Positions 58,796 through 64,000 of a stretch of DNA of 64,000 nucleotides are shown piece by piece. Location: positions 1 to 64,000 of the IMG/VR virus record IMGVR_UViG_3300044959_000303. One strand, written 5' to 3'. Every line of letters begins with the position of its first letter. Positions within the stretch are counted from its first letter, which is position 1. A program made the position numbers and the translations under genes. The notes beneath the pieces were generated by a model. It was not told where the DNA came from. It ran no database searches and saw nothing but the letters and a program-made list of their open reading frames with translations. The DNA comes from a virus.

Positions 58796-60142
58796 ATGAG
58801 TGATTTGAAATCATTATTAGAAAATACCGCGCTGAAGGGTATAGACAAAAATCTTCAAGATGCCCTGTTAGAAGCGTGGGAAGAAACAAAAAGAGAAGCA
58901 GAAGAAAAAGTAAGAAAGGAACTTGTCGAAAGATACGAGCACGATAAAGCACAACTCATAGAAACAATGGACAAGTTCTTTTCACAAGCTCTTGAGAAAG
59001 AAGTAGCAACTTTCGAAAATACAAAGAAACAATTGAAAGAAGATTACAAGAATACAATTTTGGAACTTTCGAGAAAAGTCGACGAAGCAAAATCATTTGT
59101 TCGGGAAACTCTTCGAAAAGAGATCGACGAACTGAAAAAAGAAAAAGAAAATCTTGCCAAAGAGAGAGTTCTTCTGCAAAAGAAAATAATGAATGCAAAG
59201 AAAGAAGTAAGGGAACAGTTCGACAGAAATGTCGAAACATTGGAAAATTTTGTCAAAGAAAAACTTGCCAGGGAAATTGAAGAATTTGTCGAAGACAAGA
59301 AGAAATTGAAAGAACAATACGAAAACCTGAAAAGAAAAATGTATGAAAAAGAGAAGAAATTGAAAGAAGATCATTTCAGAAGAATTTCCACACTGGAGAA
59401 ATTTGTAGTTGAAAATCTCGAAAAAGAACTGAAAGAGTTTCAACGGGACAAAAAACTTCTCGAAAGAAGAAGAGTTGAACTCGAAGCTCATGCTGCCAGA
59501 AAACTTCATGAAACAAGAAAAATGTTCATTGCCAAGGCAGCATCGGCTGTCGATAGAGTTGTGTCGGAACATGTCGAAAATGAATTGAGACAATTGAAAG
59601 AAGATTTGAAAGTTGCAAGAGAAAACAATTTTGGTAGAAAAATCTTCGAAGCTTTCGCTCATGAGTATATGGCTTCCTATCTTTCGGAAGGAAGCAAAGT
59701 CAAAGAATTGACGAAAAATCTCGAAGAAATGAACCGAAAGCTCGCCGAGGCTTACAATTCATTGAAAGAAAAAGAAAAGAAATCGAACATTCTTGAACAT
59801 AAATTACAGAAACTTGAAGAATCTCTGAAAAGAGAGAAAACAATCAATCGATTGATTGCACCACTTTCTGTAAAACAGAAGAAAATCATGAGAAATCTTC
59901 TCGAAGAAGTCGAAACTTCGAGACTCGAAGAAGCTTTTTCGAGATATCTCGATACTGTTTTACAGGAAACTTCCGACAAAGATGAGAAAATTACCAGCAA
60001 AGCATTGTTCGAAAATTCTTTCGATGAAAGAAAGAATTTGATCACCGGTGACAAGGAAACATCTTTGTTGGAAGGAAACGAAACCAACGATTCGAATATA
60101 ATCGAGGTAATTACACTCAAAAAACTAGCAGGTATCAACTGA
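58796..60142 (+). CDS. Prohead scaffold protein (gp22-like)
   Basis: Coiled coil; ARENNFGRKIFEAFA.E; ends LKKLAGI; directly before the MCP. Confidence 0.85.
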   Translation: MSDLKSLLENTALKGIDKNLQDALLEAWEETKREAEEKVRKELVERYEHDKAQLIETMDKFFSQALEKEVATFENTKKQLKEDYKNTILELSRKVDEAKSFVRETLRKEIDELKKEKENLAKERVLLQKKIMNAKKEVREQFDRNVETLENFVKEKLAREIEEFVEDKKKLKEQYENLKRKMYEKEKKLKEDHFRRISTLEKFVVENLEKELKEFQRDKKLLERRRVELEAHAARKLHETRKMFIAKAASAVDRVVSEHVENELRQLKEDLKVARENNFGRKIFEAFAHEYMASYLSEGSKVKELTKNLEEMNRKLAEAYNSLKEKEKKSNILEHKLQKLEESLKREKTINRLIAPLSVKQKKIMRNLLEEVETSRLEEAFSRYLDTVLQETSDKDEKITSKALFENSFDERKNLITGDKETSLLEGNETNDSNIIEVITLKKLAGIN

Positions 60143-60175
60143 TTTCAGTTGAAAAAAAAGAAGGAGAACAATTAA

Positions 60176-61396
60176 ATGCGAGAACTATTATCTGAATCGA
60201 AATGGAAAGCCACGAAAGAAGCACTTCTCGATGGCTTGACCGGAAACAGAAGAAAAGTTATGGACGTCTGCCTTGAAAATACAAGAAAAGATATGATTTC
60301 TCGGGCAGCTCTTTATGGTGCTGGTGTTCCTCTTATGGAAACAGCAACTGCTGGTGCAACAGCATCGGGCAATATCGCAACATTGAACAAGGTCATTCTA
60401 CCAGTCATTCGACGCGTCATGCCTACGGTCATTGCCAATGAAATCATTGGTGTTCAACCAATGACCGGACCTGTTGCCCAGATTCACACACTCAGAGTTC
60501 GTTATGCCGATACCGTTCCAGCAGCTGGTGGTGGTGTAACGGCAGGTACCGAAGCTCTTGGACCATTCGACATAGCACGTTACTACTCGGGTAACGAAAA
60601 TCCCGCAAGTCCAAAAGCTGCACCAACATCTACACTTGAAGGTACACCCGGCAATCGTCTGAGCATTCAGATTCTGAAAGAAACCGTCGAAGCCAGAAGC
60701 CGTCGTCTTTCTGCTCGTTGGACTTTCGAAGCAGCACAAGATGCCATGGCACAGCAGGGTATCGACATAGAGGCTGAGATCATGGCAGCCCTTGCTCAGG
60801 AAATTACGGCAGAAATCGATCAGGAAATTCTGACTTCGCTTCGTGCTCTTCCAACCACGGCATTGACCTATGATCAGGGTCTGGTCAGTGGTACAGCAAC
60901 ATTCGTTGGTGACGAACATGCTGCTTTAGCAGTTCTCATCAACAGACAGGCCAACCTGATTGCAGCCCGTACCCGTAGAGGTGCTGGTAACTGGGTAATT
61001 GTCAGCCCGACAGCTCTCACGATACTGCAGAGCGCAACAACTTCGACATTCGCACGTACAACCGAAGGTGTTTTCGAAGCACCAACAAACACCAAGTTCG
61101 TAGGTGTTTTGAACAGCAGCATGAGAGTCTATGTCGACCAATATGCTTCGGACAATACTCCAGTTCTGGTTGGTTATAAAGGTCCCGGTGAAGTAGATGC
61201 GGCTGCCTACTACTGCCCATACATTCCTCTGACAAGCAGCGGTATCGTACCAGATCCAAGAACCTTCGAGCTCGTTGTATCCTTCCTTACACGTTATGGA
61301 TACATCGAACTCAAAAACACTGCATCATCGCTCGGTAATGCAGCTGACTATCTTGGATTGATCAATATCAATACCGCAAATCTGAAGTTCTTGTAA
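60176..61396 (+). CDS. Major capsid protein (T4 gp23-like)
   Basis: VIRRVMPTVIANEIIGVQPMTGP, RRLSARWTFEAAQD, ITAEIDQEI, YYCPYIPL, TRYG; GAAGGAG RBS. Confidence 0.97.
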   Translation: MRELLSESKWKATKEALLDGLTGNRRKVMDVCLENTRKDMISRAALYGAGVPLMETATAGATASGNIATLNKVILPVIRRVMPTVIANEIIGVQPMTGPVAQIHTLRVRYADTVPAAGGGVTAGTEALGPFDIARYYSGNENPASPKAAPTSTLEGTPGNRLSIQILKETVEARSRRLSARWTFEAAQDAMAQQGIDIEAEIMAALAQEITAEIDQEILTSLRALPTTALTYDQGLVSGTATFVGDEHAALAVLINRQANLIAARTRRGAGNWVIVSPTALTILQSATTSTFARTTEGVFEAPTNTKFVGVLNSSMRVYVDQYASDNTPVLVGYKGPGEVDAAAYYCPYIPLTSSGIVPDPRTFELVVSFLTRYGYIELKNTASSLGNAADYLGLININTANLKFL

Positions 61397-61425
61397 CAAA
61401 GTTCCAGAACTCTTCTTCACACACA

Positions 61426-61465
61426 GAAAGCCCGGAAATTTTCCGGGCTTTCTTTTTTGCTTTTT
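61426..61465 (+). terminator. Rho-independent terminator after the MCP
   Basis: AGAAAGCCCGG-AAATTTT-CCGGGCTTTCT followed by a T-tract. Confidence 0.85.
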
Positions 61466-61479
61466 CTGTTTGTATTTTT

Positions 61480-62757
61480 TCACTTTTTTACCCATAATTC
61501 GTATCCTGCATCGAAAATGACATCTTTGCAATTCCCGAACTTTCTTCTTTTTCTCGTTACATAATCCGTATACCATTTTTTCGGGGGAATTTCGGCAAGT
61601 TTCACAAAATCATTTTGCCGAAGAAATTCATCCCCGGGATGAAATCGGTTATCGATGAGAAGTTTTTCCGATTTCATGTTCAGGAAGAAAAAATTTCGAT
61701 CCAGAAATCCTCGAATTGTTTTTTTCATTCGTTTTTTCGAAAAATTCCATTCGTCTTCGAATATTTGCAGAAGAAGAATGTTTCGATTTTTTGCCTCGAT
61801 ATATTTTTTGTAATGGTACAATTCGTCTTTCTGATTACAGCAGGAATGCCAGTACAAACCATGAAATTCGATTCCGATACCATATTCCGGAATCAGTATG
61901 TCTATTTCGTGTTTTTCGAGAATGTTTCTTTTTCTCGATTCTGTTTTCAGATTTCTTTCGGAAAGAAATTTACGAATTTCCACTTCGTACGAAGAAAAAT
62001 ATTTTTTTCTGAGATTGTATTCGACGGCTCTTCTTTGAACGGAACATATGTTGACATTGAAATATTTCGAAATTTCTCTTTCATTTCCATGAAATTTTTC
62101 ATATATTTCCGGAAAGAAATTTTCCCAATCATCGAGGTTCGAAATGTGTTTTTTTGCCGTATTGTATACACCATATTTTTTCAGATTTGTCGATTTTATT
62201 CTGTTTTTTATTTTTTCACTTTTTGTCGGATTGTCCACTCCATATTTTTCCAGAATTTTTTTTCTTGCCCGATTTCTTATTTCCTCGCTTTTCATTGGAT
62301 TGTCGATACCATATCGTTTCAACCATGTTTTTTTCTTTTTGTCATGAACATTTCTGTTTTGTGATGGATTTTCGACACCATATTTCTTCATCAATGTTTC
62401 TTTTATTCTGCTTTTTACAATATCCGAAGAAAAAGGATTGGCAACTCCGTATTTTTTCAAATTCGTGTTCTTTATTTTTTCTTTTATGATCTGTTTGCAT
62501 TCTTCACAGTTGTTCACGTTTTCCGAATGGTAACCTTTCGGCAAACTCAGGAATTTTCTTTTGTAACCATGCGAACAGTAGGGATTTTCTTCGAAAAGAT
62601 AGTAGTGAATTTTTTCGACGAAATCGACGTGTTCTGGAAATTTCCAGAAATCTTGAATATCTTTTCTGTACTCTTCCATATTTTTCATTTTTGTCACAAA
62701 AACATTGACTCGATATTTCGAATAAAATTCATGTATTTCCCGATAATATTTTTTCAT
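61480..62757 (-). CDS. Free-standing homing-type endonuclease (KYGV.NP repeats plus Vsr/PD-(D/E)XK-like domain)
   Basis: Repeated T.LKKYGV.NP; EIDILIPEYGIGIEFHGLYWHS; LLQIFEDEW. Confidence 0.75.
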   Translation of the reverse strand: MKKYYREIHEFYSKYRVNVFVTKMKNMEEYRKDIQDFWKFPEHVDFVEKIHYYLFEENPYCSHGYKRKFLSLPKGYHSENVNNCEECKQIIKEKIKNTNLKKYGVANPFSSDIVKSRIKETLMKKYGVENPSQNRNVHDKKKKTWLKRYGIDNPMKSEEIRNRARKKILEKYGVDNPTKSEKIKNRIKSTNLKKYGVYNTAKKHISNLDDWENFFPEIYEKFHGNEREISKYFNVNICSVQRRAVEYNLRKKYFSSYEVEIRKFLSERNLKTESRKRNILEKHEIDILIPEYGIGIEFHGLYWHSCCNQKDELYHYKKYIEAKNRNILLLQIFEDEWNFSKKRMKKTIRGFLDRNFFFLNMKSEKLLIDNRFHPGDEFLRQNDFVKLAEIPPKKWYTDYVTRKRRKFGNCKDVIFDAGYELWVKK

Positions 62758-62832
62758 GTTTCTTCGATTTTTTTTCGATTCATTGTAAAAACAATTCGAA
62801 AAAACAACAATTTTTTCGAATTGTTTTTTTTT

Positions 62833-64000
62833 TCAGAATTTTCGAATCCACAATTCGTATCCTGCATCGAAAATCACATCTTTGCAATTCCCGAACTTTC
62901 TTCTTTTTCTCGTTACATAATCCGTATACCATTTTTTCGGGGGAATTTCGGCAAGTTTCACAAAATCATTTTGCCGAAGAAATTCATCCCCGGGATGAAA
63001 TCGGTTATCGATGAGAAGTTTTTTCGAGGTTGTATCGATCGTATCGATGAAGAAGAAATTTCGATAGAGAAACGCTTTCAATATTTCCCGAATTTTTTCC
63101 CGAGAAAAATTCCATTCGTCTTCGAATATTTGCAGAAGAACAATATTTCGATTTTTTGCTTCCATATATTTCCTGTAATGATAGAATTTGTCTTTTTTGT
63201 TGTTGAAAGAATGCCAGTACAATCCGTGAAACTCGATTCCGATACCATATTCCGGAATCAGTATGTCTATTTCGCTTCCATTCAGAATATTCCGGTTTCG
63301 AAATTCGAAACTTATTTCGTTTTCAGCGAGAAATTCACCAATTTCTTTTTCATAGGAAGAAAACGAAACAAATTTTTCCCTGAGACCACATTTCAAAGCT
63401 CTTTTGCGAATCGTGGAAATATCGACAGAGAAATATTTCGAAATTTCTCTTTCGTTACCATGAAATTTCTCGTAAATTTCCGAAAAAGAATTTTCCCAAT
63501 CATCGAGATTCGAAATGTGTTTTTTCACGTGATTGTCAGTTCCGTATTTCTGCAACCATGTTTTTTTTCTTTTTTCGAGAATTTCGATACAAGAAAAAGG
63601 ATGTTCCGTTCCGTATTTTTTCAACCATGTTTCTTTTCTTTTCTTTCGAAAGAATTCGAAACACGAAGGATTTTCGACTCCATATCTTTCTTTTGTCGTT
63701 TTCGTTTTCCTGTTTTTCACAGTGTCCAGAAGAGAAGGATTTTCGACTCCATATTTTTTTTGTAATGTTTCTCTTATTCTTTTTTTCACGATTTCCGAAG
63801 AAAATGGATTTTTACAACCGTATTTTCGAATATTCGTTTTTTCTTTTCTGTTTTTCACTTCCTGTGAAGAAGCCGGATTTTTGCAACCATATTTTTTCAA
63901 ATTTGTCCTTTCTCTTTTTTCTTCGATGATTTTCTTGCATTTTTCACATTTTTTGACCTGTTCCGACAGATAACCTTTTTTCAAACCATGAAAGGTTCTT
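62833..64000 (-). CDS. Paralogous homing-type endonuclease, partial (5' end beyond the window)
   Basis: Same motifs; the frame stays open upstream of 63984 (…RTFHGLKKGY). Confidence 0.75.
   Translation of the reverse strand, partial: RTFHGLKKGYLSEQVKKCEKCKKIIEEKRERTNLKKYGCKNPASSQEVKNRKEKTNIRKYGCKNPFSSEIVKKRIRETLQKKYGVENPSLLDTVKNRKTKTTKERYGVENPSCFEFFRKKRKETWLKKYGTEHPFSCIEILEKRKKTWLQKYGTDNHVKKHISNLDDWENSFSEIYEKFHGNEREISKYFSVDISTIRKRALKCGLREKFVSFSSYEKEIGEFLAENEISFEFRNRNILNGSEIDILIPEYGIGIEFHGLYWHSFNNKKDKFYHYRKYMEAKNRNIVLLQIFEDEWNFSREKIREILKAFLYRNFFFIDTIDTTSKKLLIDNRFHPGDEFLRQNDFVKLAEIPPKKWYTDYVTRKRRKFGNCKDVIFDAGYELWIRKF

Noticed and set aside
61496-63023. Diversity-generating retroelement TR/VR pair (also considered for the tail repeats)
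   Set aside because: No adenine-specific mismatch pattern and no reverse transcriptase in the window.
1-64000. Alternative genetic code (TAG or TGA reassignment)
   Set aside because: Very long genes are intact under the standard code and all three stops terminate recognisable genes.
1-64000. tRNA genes
   Set aside because: No cloverleaf with a T-loop and acceptor stem was recognised by eye; tRNAscan-SE would be needed to exclude them.

Overview
AT-rich (~30% GC by eye) segment of a large T4-like myovirus (jumbo-phage-type gene set, standard genetic code). Most of the window is the virion morphogenesis region. On the minus strand it carries tail fibre and baseplate genes, including a 3643-aa wedge-like protein, a gp6-like, gp25, a gp5-like with a lytic C-terminal domain and a gp53-like. 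A central block encodes dUTPase, a gp55-like late sigma factor, gp47/gp46 and a resolvase. It is followed by a probably frameshifted tail chaperone, two tape-measure-like paralogues, portal, prohead core, protease, scaffold and major capsid protein, and two paralogous free-standing endonucleases. Accessory genes are kdsA, a class-3 lipase, a nucleotidyltransferase and an aqualysin-like S8 domain whose catalytic Ser is replaced. The most unusual element is the non-coding locus at ~4.8-6.2 kb. It holds a ~590-nt GC-rich, highly structured minus-strand RNA candidate, preceded by an orphan early gene with a perfect sigma70 promoter. Downstream lies an array of nested GC-GAA-GC hairpins whose polarity flips between strands, a candidate origin or ssDNA signal. 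The window also shows a strong YTAR depletion / YCGR enrichment that is relaxed in a 9.5-15.1 kb island. All annotations come from motif recognition by eye; no searches or folding programs were run.
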